Assembly (NCBI GenBank): GCA_965242695.1
Contig: CBDESU010000001.1
Location: forward strand, 320,001-384,000
DNA length: 64,000 bases
Source: Cenarchaeum sp.
Lineage (GTDB): Archaea; Thermoproteota; Nitrososphaeria; Nitrososphaerales; Nitrosopumilaceae
Reading direction: 5' to 3'
Positions within the stretch are counted from its first letter, which is position 1. Every line of letters begins with the position of its first letter. Positions 46,620-57,580 of this stretch are shown piece after piece. The translations under genes were made by a program, and so were the position numbers. The notes under the pieces are model-generated. The model was not told the DNA's origin and ran no database searches. It was given only the letters and a program-made list of their open reading frames with translations.

Positions 46620-49600
46620 TTGCAGTTTCCTAGGGGAGGGCCTAGAATGCCGCGCCGCGATCGCCCGATCGTGAGGGCAGGGCCCATTGCAGCAGGGCTG
46701 CTGGCCGTGGCACTGGTCGCGGCTGCGGCCGCATGGGCGCCGGGCGATGCGTACGCGCAGGAGTGCCGCGCGGACCAGGGAGACGACTGCGTGTACCACG
46801 TCACGCGCACGATAGACGTCGGCGACATCATCCCCATCATAGTCAAGGTGGACGGCGAGGGCAACGTCTATGTCGCCAACAGGCCCCATCTGGGCACGGA
46901 AGACCAGAACCATTCCCACCTGCGCATATACGACGGGAGTACGGGCGACAAGCTCGGGGATGATGTTGTCCTCGGTGGGGGGATGAACTCGCGCATATTG
47001 GACATTGAGGTAGCAGGTAGCACGATATACGTCGCGCACATGTGGGGCATCGGGGACAGCTCCTTGGGCTGGGACAACAAGACTTGGAACGGGGACGGGC
47101 TGATGAACCTGACGGCGATCGCGGCTGGCACGGGCGAGATGCTCGGCACGATCGCCCTGATGCACGGGGACGGCGCAGGGCAGGACGTCACAAGGGGCAC
47201 CATATCGGACTTGGCCGTCGACCCGGACAGGAAGAGGGCGTACATCTCGACCGGGAGCATGGGTCCCGTGCTTGCAGTCGACATATCTGACCCCGCTGCG
47301 ATGAGACTAATGTACACGACAGCCGGAGGTGCCAGTGCCGGCGAATGGAGCCCCTACGATGTAGCCGCCCCCGTATCGGCGCTTGCCGTCGACAACGGCA
47401 CGGGCCTGGTGTACGCTGCAGCCCGCGTAGGCGACAGGGACGACAGTATGGGACACTCGTGGGGGATCGCGACCCTGAACTTTACGGATGCCGGCGGTGC
47501 CTTTACGCCAAACTACACACGTGCAGACTTCCTGAACATGTCGTCAAACCCAGCACCGGACCCGATGGGTGAATGCAGGAGCGACTACAACCGGAACCCG
47601 TGCAGGGGAGATGTCTTGGTCGACTCGCTGCAGCTATACGGGGACGGCGACAAACTGTTCGCCCTGTACCGAAACCACACGGTGTGGGCATTCGAACTTG
47701 ACGACATGACGAACTATCCAGATACAGCTCCGACCGAGGTGAATGTGACGCTAGATGATCCGCAGGCGGGCAGCTACGAGGACGGCTACATGCTGGGCAG
47801 CTATGCCCACAAGCAGATCAGCGACATACTGCTGGACGGCCAGCGTGGACTTCTCTACGCATCGCTGTACGACTTTGCAAACCCGCGCGTCGTCGTGATC
47901 AACGCCGACACGCACGTCAGGGTCGGCGATGCCTCGGCGAGCAGCCAGATCGACAACATGGGGCTGGATGCGCGGAATGGGGCCGTGTACGCCCTGCCGC
48001 AGTGGACGCCGAACGCGTACGTGATAGAGGCGACCAATAAACACCTACTGCAAAAGATGATCGACAACGCCTCGGATGGCGATGTGCTGAAAATACCGGC
48101 TGACACGTACGACGATGCGATCCTTAGCGTGAACAAGTCCCTGACGCTCACGGCGAACGTGTCGGGCACCGTGATCTTTAACGGAAGCTCGCGCATCGAG
48201 ATCGAGTCTCACGATGTCGCCATAAGCGGCCTGATCTTCCGGGACACGAAATGCCTGCCCGGCCTGGCAGCCTCGCTCATCGAGATCCGGACGCACGGCA
48301 ACGACTTTACGCGTACCAACGTCATCGTGAAGGACAGCATGTTCAGCAACACATGCCACGCGGCCATCCAGCAGGAGGGAGTCGGCCGCCTAACCGGCGT
48401 CATGATACAGAACAACACGTTCGTAAACATAGGCCTAAACATGCGAGACGGCAAGACTGAGCCGATCGACACGGGCGGCGAGAACGAGTTCCAACTCATG
48501 CACGGGGCGATCGGACTGGCGCACCACCCGTCCCAGATGCCAGTAAGCGGCACCATTGCAGGCAACACCATAGAAAACACTAGCGCGGCCGGCATACGCG
48601 TGTTCAACGCAGACGGCATGACCATAATGAACAACAACATCACGGGCACCCCCGCAAGCGGCATCGGGCTGGCGCACGGGCCGAGCAACACGGTCGTCAA
48701 GTACAACATACTCAATAACACAAACAACAAGCCGGACCTAGACTATCTGGACGGCATCACGGGCAGCGGCGAGCCTGGCTACTACAAGTACATCGACTTT
48801 ACGTACCCCAACCCGTACGCCTACCTGGGCATGCAGAAGCTCGTGGATCGCGAGCCCTATCCCATGCCGGCGCCCGATGCGGCCATCAATGTATGGGCCA
48901 ACGCGAAGAACGTCACCGTCGCCAACAACACAATACGGGACAGCGACGGTGCATTCACGGTCTGTACGGGCGTGTGCGCGTTCGAGAGCGACGGGCCGGT
49001 TCGAAACAACGAGCGCAACGTGCCGGCCAACGGCATGCCGATCACAAACGAGGTACACTTCATCAACAACACGATCTACCCATACAACAGCTCGGACAAC
49101 AACGGCTTACTCGTGGTCAGCCATGCGCTCGGTCATCTTGATGCCAGAAACAACACCTTCCTTGACGCCCGGAACAACACCTTCCATGACAGTGAAAATG
49201 ACACCCAAGTGGTGTCAGGGCGGGTAAAGACCGACCACCATGATGACCCGCTCAATGCGACGTTCACTGCAGCGGCATTCGTCTCGCCCAACAGGATTCT
49301 CATAATATATGACGCCCCGCTGGGCCCGATGAAGGGCCACGAGGATGATGCCGTGTACGGCCGCATTATGGGGTCCGGCCTAGACGAGATGCCAATGCAG
49401 GTGTCGGGCCTCGGCACTGCAATGCACACGATCGAGTTTGGCGGGGACGGCGTGGGCGAGCGGCAGAACGGCACGATCGAGCTCAACGTCGATATCGAGA
49501 GCATCGACTCGGATGGCAACCACCATCTCTTTTCCAACGACTCGATTCCACTGAGGGCCTACGGACCGAACGTGGATCTGGTCTCTGCCATGTTCATGTC

Positions 49601-52055
49601 GCCGGGCACGGCGCGCATTCTGTACGACGAGCCCCTTGACGTGCCCGCGTCAGACTATACCAACCTGCGCGTGGGGGAGTCTAACGCGACGGCCACCTAC
49701 ATCACGGGAGTGGACGGCTCGGGCACGGTGGCACATGTACTGCGGTTCGATACGGGGTACGATGTCGTCGTCGCAACGGCCGGCTACGTTGACATCGCGC
49801 CGCAGGTGTTGCCGGACGGGCGCCTGTTTGCCGGAGCCGACGACCTAGAAATCATCAACGGGACCGCGGCGCCGGCCGAAGCGCCGCCGGGATCGCCCCC
49901 GATCGTGATCGAGTCTGACACCTTTGTGACCTCTATCCGCGGCACGGACGGCGCGGCGATCCGCGTGCCTGGCGGCATGATACCGGCCGCGATCCCCGCC
50001 GTAGGATTTACCGTGAACACGGGTGCGGCCACGGTTACGTTTGCGCCTGGTACGAGCATCACCGACAGGGGCACCGACACGACGTACGGCGGGGTGGTCA
50101 ACGTCACGGTGGCGGCGGCGGATCGGCAGACCGCGGCAATGAATGGGACTAGTGCCGCCGGCGCAAACGCAAGCCGCATCGGCACGGTAGTCGAGGTGGG
50201 AGACCCGGCTAGTGATCTCGCATTGAGTAGCCCCGCGCGCATAGTGCTCAAGGCGCAGGCGGCGCCGGCCGACGTGTACCACATGAACAGCACGGGTGGC
50301 GTCACGAAGATCGGCGAGTGCGACAATGCCGCAAACCCGACGGGGTGGCTGGCGGACAACCGCGGCATGCAGTTCTGCTACACGGTGCAGGGCGACGGAG
50401 ATACTGGGGACTATACGATCTACACATACCGCCTGAGCGCATTCTTCGTGGTCGGCGTAGATCGGGTCGACCCGAACATGGCCCCCGCAGTCTTGAACGT
50501 CACTTCGACTACTGCCGATGACACGTACACGCCGGGCGCAATGATCAACATTGCCGTCATGTTTACCGAGGACGTCACCGTCACGGGCTCGCCCCTGCTG
50601 GAGCTGGATGTAGGCGAGCGGAATCGGAACGCCACGTACGTTCCGACAGCCGCTTCGCCGACCGTAATGTTCAGGTACCTGGTCCAGCCGGGCGATGCTT
50701 CGCCGGACTTGAACTATACCGGCACGGATGCGTTGTCGCTAAATGGCTCGACGATAGTAGACGCAGACGGCAACAACGCCAACCTGACGCTGCCTATACC
50801 GGGAGATGCCGGCTCGCTCTCTGCCTCTAGCAACATCGTGATCGACACGCCCGCCCACCCAATGCAGAAAATGACGGTTACCATAGTCGCGCCTGAGACG
50901 CCTACTCCGCCACCACCTGCACCGCCGGTCGTCGTCTCGACTCCAGGGCCGTCTACAGGGTTCGCGCCGTTCTTCGGCGGCGGAGGTGGCGGCGGCGGAG
51001 GTGGCGGCGGCGGAGGTGGCGGCGGCGGAGGCATCCTGCAGAGCGGCGGCAGTCAGGTGATCCTGTACGCCGCTACATGGGATTGTGACGAGGGGACGAT
51101 CCGGATAACGACAAACGCTGGGGTCAGTCCTGACGTTACCATCCTGTCGTCCGACGGCACGATTAGGGCGCAAATGGCAGAAGGGCCGCATCCGACGGGA
51201 CGCACCGTCTACGAGGCGCCGCTGCCGGAGGACTCAATACTGTCGATCAGGGCCACGATCATAGAGGGTAGGGCAACATCGACTGCATCAGAGATGGTGC
51301 GGACGGAAGGGCAGTGCACCGGCGAGGCCGTATTCAGGGCGTACGGAGCGGAGCCTGCCGCCGCGCCGCCTGTTGCGGAGACGGAGCGGCCCGCGCCGTC
51401 CGCCTCTGCTGACGAGCCTCCCGCGGCCGAGCAGCCGGCAGAGGAGGCGCCTTCGACCGCCGTAGGCGACGAGCCGCCCGCGGCCGAGCAGCCTGACGAC
51501 ATGCCTGCGGATCAGCAGCAGGTTGACGTGCCTCCGCCGCCGCCCGAGCCGGATGTGGAGCAGCCAGATGCGCCAGCCGACGAGCAGCCTGCGACCACGA
51601 CGCCTGCGACCCCCGCCGATACGGATGCCGTCCCCGTCGAGGATGACGACGACGGCGGCTGCCTAATTGCGACGGCCGCGTACGGGACAGAGATCGCCCC
51701 GCAGGTGCAGCACCTCCGCGAGGTTCGCGACGGCACGCTCCTGACGACAGAGTCTGGCAGGGCGTTCATGTCCGCGTTCGGCACCGCATACTATGCATTC
51801 TCGCCGCAAGTGGCGGACCTAGAGCGCGCCCATCCGGCGCTCCGGCAGGCGGTAGCGGCCCTAGTAGCGCCGATGCTACTTGCCCTGCAGGTCGTCGATG
51901 CGGCCGAGCCGGGCTCCGAGCAGAGCGTCATTGCATACGGAGCGCTGGCCATTGCGCTCGTTGCGGGCATGTACGTGGCGGCGCCGGCAGCCGGCGCGTG
52001 GTACGCCGTCCGCCTTGGCCGCGGCCGGGCAAGCGGCAAGAGTCGCGGCGACTGA
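46620..52055 (+). CDS. Giant surface protein (beta-propeller, right-handed beta-helix, Ig-like, CFI-box-CTERM + TM)
   Basis: 1811 aa. Signal peptide, Asn-rich IxNNTI repeats, one Ig unit like those of the 1832-aa protein, poly-Gly and Pro/Glu linker, GGCLIATAAYGTEIAPQVQ, terminal TM and basic tail. Confidence 0.9.
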   Translation: MQFPRGGPRMPRRDRPIVRAGPIAAGLLAVALVAAAAAWAPGDAYAQECRADQGDDCVYHVTRTIDVGDIIPIIVKVDGEGNVYVANRPHLGTEDQNHSHLRIYDGSTGDKLGDDVVLGGGMNSRILDIEVAGSTIYVAHMWGIGDSSLGWDNKTWNGDGLMNLTAIAAGTGEMLGTIALMHGDGAGQDVTRGTISDLAVDPDRKRAYISTGSMGPVLAVDISDPAAMRLMYTTAGGASAGEWSPYDVAAPVSALAVDNGTGLVYAAARVGDRDDSMGHSWGIATLNFTDAGGAFTPNYTRADFLNMSSNPAPDPMGECRSDYNRNPCRGDVLVDSLQLYGDGDKLFALYRNHTVWAFELDDMTNYPDTAPTEVNVTLDDPQAGSYEDGYMLGSYAHKQISDILLDGQRGLLYASLYDFANPRVVVINADTHVRVGDASASSQIDNMGLDARNGAVYALPQWTPNAYVIEATNKHLLQKMIDNASDGDVLKIPADTYDDAILSVNKSLTLTANVSGTVIFNGSSRIEIESHDVAISGLIFRDTKCLPGLAASLIEIRTHGNDFTRTNVIVKDSMFSNTCHAAIQQEGVGRLTGVMIQNNTFVNIGLNMRDGKTEPIDTGGENEFQLMHGAIGLAHHPSQMPVSGTIAGNTIENTSAAGIRVFNADGMTIMNNNITGTPASGIGLAHGPSNTVVKYNILNNTNNKPDLDYLDGITGSGEPGYYKYIDFTYPNPYAYLGMQKLVDREPYPMPAPDAAINVWANAKNVTVANNTIRDSDGAFTVCTGVCAFESDGPVRNNERNVPANGMPITNEVHFINNTIYPYNSSDNNGLLVVSHALGHLDARNNTFLDARNNTFHDSENDTQVVSGRVKTDHHDDPLNATFTAAAFVSPNRILIIYDAPLGPMKGHEDDAVYGRIMGSGLDEMPMQVSGLGTAMHTIEFGGDGVGERQNGTIELNVDIESIDSDGNHHLFSNDSIPLRAYGPNVDLVSAMFMSPGTARILYDEPLDVPASDYTNLRVGESNATATYITGVDGSGTVAHVLRFDTGYDVVVATAGYVDIAPQVLPDGRLFAGADDLEIINGTAAPAEAPPGSPPIVIESDTFVTSIRGTDGAAIRVPGGMIPAAIPAVGFTVNTGAATVTFAPGTSITDRGTDTTYGGVVNVTVAAADRQTAAMNGTSAAGANASRIGTVVEVGDPASDLALSSPARIVLKAQAAPADVYHMNSTGGVTKIGECDNAANPTGWLADNRGMQFCYTVQGDGDTGDYTIYTYRLSAFFVVGVDRVDPNMAPAVLNVTSTTADDTYTPGAMINIAVMFTEDVTVTGSPLLELDVGERNRNATYVPTAASPTVMFRYLVQPGDASPDLNYTGTDALSLNGSTIVDADGNNANLTLPIPGDAGSLSASSNIVIDTPAHPMQKMTVTIVAPETPTPPPPAPPVVVSTPGPSTGFAPFFGGGGGGGGGGGGGGGGGGGILQSGGSQVILYAATWDCDEGTIRITTNAGVSPDVTILSSDGTIRAQMAEGPHPTGRTVYEAPLPEDSILSIRATIIEGRATSTASEMVRTEGQCTGEAVFRAYGAEPAAAPPVAETERPAPSASADEPPAAEQPAEEAPSTAVGDEPPAAEQPDDMPADQQQVDVPPPPPEPDVEQPDAPADEQPATTTPATPADTDAVPVEDDDDGGCLIATAAYGTEIAPQVQHLREVRDGTLLTTESGRAFMSAFGTAYYAFSPQVADLERAHPALRQAVAALVAPMLLALQVVDAAEPGSEQSVIAYGALAIALVAGMYVAAPAAGAWYAVRLGRGRASGKSRGD

Positions 52056-53294
52056 TCGCTAGCCCAGTATTGCACAGCCTCTGCATCAATACACCCTCCT
52101 TTTCACCTGCGTCACGAATGTCGCGCCACGGCGCACATTCGAATCTCTTGGTGTCGCTCGCCGCCTCGAGTCGTTACGCCGCCGTGCCGAGGCGGGCAGG
52201 GGCGGCCGTGGGTGCCGTTGCCGTTGCCGTTGCCACTGGTAGCGGCCCTCGGCAGCCCCGGGGGTGAAAGGAGGATAGCCGCGGCCAGCCGGGCGGCAGT
52301 TATTCACGGCAGCGGCATGCGCGCGACGGTTGGGCGACGGGCGAGAAGAGGAGAGTCTGGCCGCCGCAGCCGGATGCGCGGCCGCCGCCCCGAGGGTACC
52401 GTGTCGGTGCCACCTGCGGCCAGGGCCGGTCGGCATGTAGCGCCGCACCTACCTGGCCCTGCCGTCTGGCGGTGGCATGCCGCCGGCGTAGCCGATCAGC
52501 ATCCGCATCATGTCTCCTGTATGACGATGCATTGGCGACTGGCAAGCTGACAGCATGCTCAGGGCATTGTGGCGCCGGAAGCAACCCCTCGCAGGCACGG
52601 GCCATGGCAGCTCAGGCGCGGAGCGCACTAGAGATCTAAATATGCACCGCGCCTAGGGTGGGCTCTGGACCGTAGCGCGGTGGCGACGCCGGCCCTGCGC
52701 GTCCGCTGTTTCCGTCCCTGCACTGGCCATATGACCGCTCGGGGCAAACTGCCCCGCCGCCCGCCGAGCCCGCCGAGCCACGCCGCTGTTTCATTGGACA
52801 GCGGGTGCGGATCCGTCCCTATCTCTGCCGTGTCGCCGCGTAGCCAGACTCCTATCTCCGAGATGGTGTGATTTGATGTCTTGCCAAGGTGGACCGCAGC
52901 TTTTGCGATCAGCATTACCTGCCGTTTTCTGGATGCCGCTCGGATGACTTCGTGTTGAATCGACTCCCACCGAGCATGACCTCATACCGAATGGCATCCC
53001 AAGGACTGCGCACTATTGAAGCACGAGCTCTGCTGGTGTACGCAGGACATGCCCGCCTTCGACTGATCGACTAATCACTACCTCGCACATACTTCCCGAT
53101 GAGATGTTCATGTCCGACACCTCGCGCGCAGTGGCGAGCCTCATTTCTCGCACCGGGTCCATGTACACGCAGTCGCGCAGATATGTTTAGCCCGGCGCAC
53201 AGAACACGACGAACGTGACATGGGGTTCGTCCTACGACCCACCATGACTCTTCTGGCATGCATGACTTGCACCATGAGAGACTGCGCCCGCAGA

Positions 53295-54017
53295 CTAACT
53301 ACCTTGCCTGTTTCGACGAGGAAACTCGGATCGTAGTATTCTCAATATCTCGTTGAGAGATTTCAATATGGCCGCATTTTGCCTGGCGACCAAGTCCAGG
53401 TTCATGTGAGAATCCTGGGCGTTACTGAATAGCAACGAGTCGTACCAGTACTTTTGATGTACAAGTAAACTGTTGGACAGAGATTCAAATTTAACCGCGG
53501 ACAATTTGTCTGAATATTTATTTCGGATGCCGTCTTTTGTTATGTCACCCCTGGCAAGCGCGTTCAGGGTCGTGCGGCTGAAGTCAACGATGCACTGTAC
53601 TTGTTCTTTGGTTATGTTGAATTTTTCTGCGATTTCATCCTCGCTCATCCCTTCGACCCATACGGACTTTATGATCTCTGATATGGACTTTGAAAACACA
53701 TCGTCGGGTATCTTAGATATTTGGTGTATCTGATATGCCTCGGTCGGAGCATGTTTCTTTATGTTTGACACAAACAGCCGCGCAAACGTGTCGTCGAGCC
53801 CAAGTTCTACGAGGCGACTACCAATTGCAATGTCATCGTGTTTGGATATGGCACGTTGTACTTCTGAAAGAAGAGGGGCTAGGCGATTATGATATTGCTT
53901 GAGCTTGAAAGTCACCGGGTTGAGGTCTGAGACGATCGTCACCTTCTCTTGCTCGCTGAGTATATTGAAGAACTCTATAGATCGCCTGATGATGTCTTCG
54001 TCGTCAAACACCTTCAT
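53295..54017 (-). CDS. Hypothetical helical protein in a low-GC islet
   Basis: 240-aa ORF, AT-richer than its flanks. HTH-like SEDEIAEKFNITKEQV. Confidence 0.75.
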   Translation of the reverse strand: MKVFDDEDIIRRSIEFFNILSEQEKVTIVSDLNPVTFKLKQYHNRLAPLLSEVQRAISKHDDIAIGSRLVELGLDDTFARLFVSNIKKHAPTEAYQIHQISKIPDDVFSKSISEIIKSVWVEGMSEDEIAEKFNITKEQVQCIVDFSRTTLNALARGDITKDGIRNKYSDKLSAVKFESLSNSLLVHQKYWYDSLLFSNAQDSHMNLDLVARQNAAILKSLNEILRILRSEFPRRNRQGS

Positions 54018-54903
54018 ACTTGCTCACCTCTTCGAGTTCTATCATAAGTGCGCCGAGCCTGTCCCGTATCTCGTTTCGCTCAGGCATGGGTGGATTTTTC
54101 CGGTTATGGCTCAACTCGTGCGGGCCTGACAGGCTGTACGTGGCATTGATGCGGTTCCTAGCATCGACGGCGTCCATCCGCAGCGAGTGCTCGATTGTGC
54201 GACGGTTGCGTATGTCCATGCCACTTCGACCGAAACACATATGAATTGCTTATAACCCTTTGCCATCCCCTCATCGGGCGTGCGCGCATGATCTCAAGTC
54301 CCTCCCTGCACCTCGCCATCCGGTCGTACTGGGCGCCCAATTGACGCCTGACGGGGGTGGACAGGCACAGACGATGCTACGGGGCAGCTGCCCTGGCCCG
54401 CCCCTGCCGCCTGCCGACGGGGCGGCCGTCACCGCCGCAGCCGGGCGATCGGCCGCCGTAGAGCATGCCTCCACCGCCGCCGCACCCTGCCTGATGATGT
54501 CATCCCGGGACGGCAGCATCGGCCGTTGTCTATATTTTCAACGTTGTCGGCAAAAAGCATTGATAGCGCTCGCCATAAGCGGGCCGCGGCGAGGGAGGGC
54601 CGCGTCGTGAAGGCGGCCTCGTCGGCGCGGCGGCGGCGGCGGTGCCGGCCAGGCAGGAGCATGTCCACGCTGACAGAGACGATCCCTTCGCCCGCCTCGT
54701 CAGGACCGAACCGCGTGCAGCAGGCCCTCGAGTGCGGATATTGCCATGCTGCTTGGCGAGGCCGGGGCCTCTGCGAGCGAACCGCAGCCGGCGCATCCCC
54801 TCGCGGCCGGCCTGCGCCGGGGTCCCCGGGCGGGGGAGGCAGGTCCGGGGCAACCTGTGCGCATCCTTGAACCTTTAATGAGGGGCCGCCGCGCCCGGCG
54901 CGC

Positions 54904-55470
54904 ATGCTGCCGCGCCTGGACTCTATACGCGAGACGCGCACGCGTATCGGCGCCACGCAAAAGCGACTCGCCGAAATGGCCGGCGTGAGCACCTCTATGA
55001 TAAACCAGATAGAGTCGGGCCGCACAAAGCCCGGCTACGAGACGGCCCGCCGCATATTCGACAGCCTGGTCAGGCTCGAGGGCAGCTCGTCGTCGCACAC
55101 GGCCGGCGACTTTTGCTGCACCGACATCGTCCGCCTCGCCCCGTCCGACACGCTGCGCGACGCAGTCGCGCGCATGCAGGCGTTCTCGATAAGCCAGGTG
55201 CCCGTGTTCGACGGCGAGTCGCCCGTCGGCATCGTCACCGAGGACGGGATAATGAGGCACCTTGCCGACGGCGAGAGGTCGGGGACGGCCACGGATGCGG
55301 TCTCGATCGCAAGCTCCATGGACCCCGCGCCGCCCATCGTAGACTACGAGACGCCGGCCAACGTCCTCGTCCCGCTGCTGCGATTCACAAAGTGCATTCT
55401 GGTGTCGCGCAAGGCCCGAATAGTCGGGATCATCACCGCCTCGGACGCGCTCCGAATGATGGAGAGGTAG
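54904..55470 (+). CDS. HTH-XRE + CBS domain transcriptional regulator
   Basis: TQKRLAEMAGVSTSMINQIESG, then a CBS pair (ISQVPV, VGIVTE, VGIITASD). Confidence 0.92.
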   Translation: MLPRLDSIRETRTRIGATQKRLAEMAGVSTSMINQIESGRTKPGYETARRIFDSLVRLEGSSSSHTAGDFCCTDIVRLAPSDTLRDAVARMQAFSISQVPVFDGESPVGIVTEDGIMRHLADGERSGTATDAVSIASSMDPAPPIVDYETPANVLVPLLRFTKCILVSRKARIVGIITASDALRMMER

Positions 55471-55480
55471 CGCGGCCCCT

Positions 55481-55891
55481 TCAGGCCGACTCGTCCTTGC
55501 CCGGCGCAGTGCACAGCTCGGCGAGCACCCCGTGCAGCGACTTTGGGTGGACGAACGCGACGCGCGTGCCCTCGGACCCCGGCCGGATCTCTCCGAGCAT
55601 GCGCAGGCCGCACCCCTCGATCCTGGCCACGTCGCCGTCGATGTCGTCCGTGCCGAGCGCGACGTGGTGCAGCCCCTCGCCCCTCTTTTCAAGGAACCCG
55701 TGGATGGGGCTAGACTCGCTTGTCGGCTCCATCAGCTCTACCCGCCCGTTTGCCAGGCGCAGTATGGCAAGCCGCACCCCCTCGGACTCGACCGTCTCGA
55801 ACTCTACGTCGTCCGTTCCGAGGGCCCTCTTGTACGTCTCGGCCGCCGCCCTGACGTCCCTGACGGCGATCGCGACGTGGTCGATCCGCAC
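55481..55891 (-). CDS. mce: Methylmalonyl-CoA epimerase
   Basis: IDHVAIAV, VELMEP, GEGLHHVA, FVHPKSLHGVLAE. Follows the mutase gene. Confidence 0.95.
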   Translation of the reverse strand: MRIDHVAIAVRDVRAAAETYKRALGTDDVEFETVESEGVRLAILRLANGRVELMEPTSESSPIHGFLEKRGEGLHHVALGTDDIDGDVARIEGCGLRMLGEIRPGSEGTRVAFVHPKSLHGVLAELCTAPGKDESA

Positions 55892-57580
55892 TCAAAACAC
55901 CTCCCTTGGCCTGTACTCGCCGAACACGGACCTGAGGGTGCCGCTGATCTCGCCCGTGGTGGCATGCGCTAGGGCCGCGTCTAGTATGAACGGCATGAGG
56001 TTCTTGTCCGTGTCTGCCGCGCCGGCGAGCTTGGACAGGGCCGCATCCGCCCTTGCCTTGTCGCGCCCGCGCCGTGTGCGGCGCACGGCCGCCCTCTGCC
56101 TCTTCTCGACGGCGCCCCCCACGCGCAGCAGGTCCTGGCCGCCCTCGGACTCGTCGGCGTACTTGTTGACGCCGACGATTATCCGCCCGCCGCCGTCGAT
56201 CTCCTTCTTTAGCCTGTACGCGTTGCGGCGTATCTCGGACTGGAAGAACCCGCGCTCGATGGCCCTGATGGATCCCTTCATCGAGTCGATCTTGCCGAGG
56301 TACTCCCACACGCCGGCCTCCATCTGCTCGCACAGGCTCTCGACGTAGTGCGACCCCGCCAGCGGGTCGACCGTCTTTGTAATCCCGCTCTCGTGGGCCA
56401 CGATCTGCTGCGTGCGCAGGGCTATCTTTGCAGACTCTTCGGTCGGCAGGGCGAGCGCCTCGTCGCGCGAGTTCGTATGCAGCGACTGCGTCCCGCCGAG
56501 GACAGACGCCATCGTCTGCACCGCTACGCGCACGATGTTGTTGTCCGGCTGCTGCGCGGTGAGCGACTCGCCGCTAGTCTGCGTGTGGAACTTTAGCTGC
56601 ATCGACCTTGGGTTCTTCGCGCCGAACCTGTCCCTTAGTATCTTTGCGTACACGCGCCGGGCGACGCGAAACTTTGCGACCTCTTCGAAGAACTCTATCG
56701 TGCAGCAGAAAAAGAACGACAGGCGCGGCGCAAAGTCGTCTATCTTTAGGCCCTGCGCAAGGCACGTCTCTATGTACGCGATCGCGTTGGCCATCGTGAA
56801 CGCGACCTCTTGCGTCGCGGTCGCGCCGGCCTCCCTCATGTGGTACCCCGATATGGACACGGGGTACCACCTCGGGACGTTCTCGGCGCAGTACCCGACC
56901 ATGTCGCCTATTATGCGCATCGACGGCTCGGGCGGGTAGATGTACGTGTTGCGCGCAATGTACTCCTTTAGTATGTCGTTCTGCGTCGTCCCGCGCAGCT
57001 GCGACCCGTCGAATCCCTGCGAGCGGCCTACCGCAATGTAGTACGCGAGCAGCGTCGATGCCGTCGAGTTTATCGTCATCGACGTGCTCACGCTGCCGAG
57101 CGGTATGCCGCCAAAGGCGTCCATCATGTCGCGCACGGACGATATGGACACGCCGACCTTGCCGACCTCGCCCTCGGCCTGCGGCGAGTCCGGATCGTAC
57201 CCGATCTGGGTCGGCAGGTCGAACGCCATGCTAAGGCCCGTCTGGCCCTTTTCTAGCATGAACTTGAAGCGCTTGTTCGTCTGCAGCGCATCGCCGAACC
57301 CCGAGTACTGCCTCATCGTCCAAAGGCGGTCGCGGTACATGCCGGCGTGTATGCCGCGCGTAAACGGGTACTCGCCGGGCTGCTCGCGCGCTACTGCATC
57401 CCTGGCCTTCGACTTGGGGCGCGGGCCGTACGCCCTCTCGACCTCGAAGTTCGAGTCGGTCGCAAACCTCTTCTCGGCCGCCTGCCCGCCGTTCCGGGGC
57501 GCCTTTGATGCGCCCTTGTTACCGCCTCCACCCTTCCGGCCGGCCGTCCGCGCGGCCGCGCGCTGCGCCGAGGCCGTCAT
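55892..57580 (-). CDS. mcmA: Methylmalonyl-CoA mutase, large (substrate-binding) subunit
   Basis: PGEYPFTRG, WTMRQYSGFG, AFDLPTQ, QNDILKEY, SISGYHMREAG, HTQTSG, SLHTNS. Confidence 0.96.
   Translation of the reverse strand: MTASAQRAAARTAGRKGGGGNKGASKAPRNGGQAAEKRFATDSNFEVERAYGPRPKSKARDAVAREQPGEYPFTRGIHAGMYRDRLWTMRQYSGFGDALQTNKRFKFMLEKGQTGLSMAFDLPTQIGYDPDSPQAEGEVGKVGVSISSVRDMMDAFGGIPLGSVSTSMTINSTASTLLAYYIAVGRSQGFDGSQLRGTTQNDILKEYIARNTYIYPPEPSMRIIGDMVGYCAENVPRWYPVSISGYHMREAGATATQEVAFTMANAIAYIETCLAQGLKIDDFAPRLSFFFCCTIEFFEEVAKFRVARRVYAKILRDRFGAKNPRSMQLKFHTQTSGESLTAQQPDNNIVRVAVQTMASVLGGTQSLHTNSRDEALALPTEESAKIALRTQQIVAHESGITKTVDPLAGSHYVESLCEQMEAGVWEYLGKIDSMKGSIRAIERGFFQSEIRRNAYRLKKEIDGGGRIIVGVNKYADESEGGQDLLRVGGAVEKRQRAAVRRTRRGRDKARADAALSKLAGAADTDKNLMPFILDAALAHATTGEISGTLRSVFGEYRPREVF

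Noticed and set aside
50976-51032. GGC/GGA/GGT run, and the 24-bp repeat near 6760-6826
   Set aside because: Both are in-frame Gly-rich linkers of surface proteins and need no further explanation.
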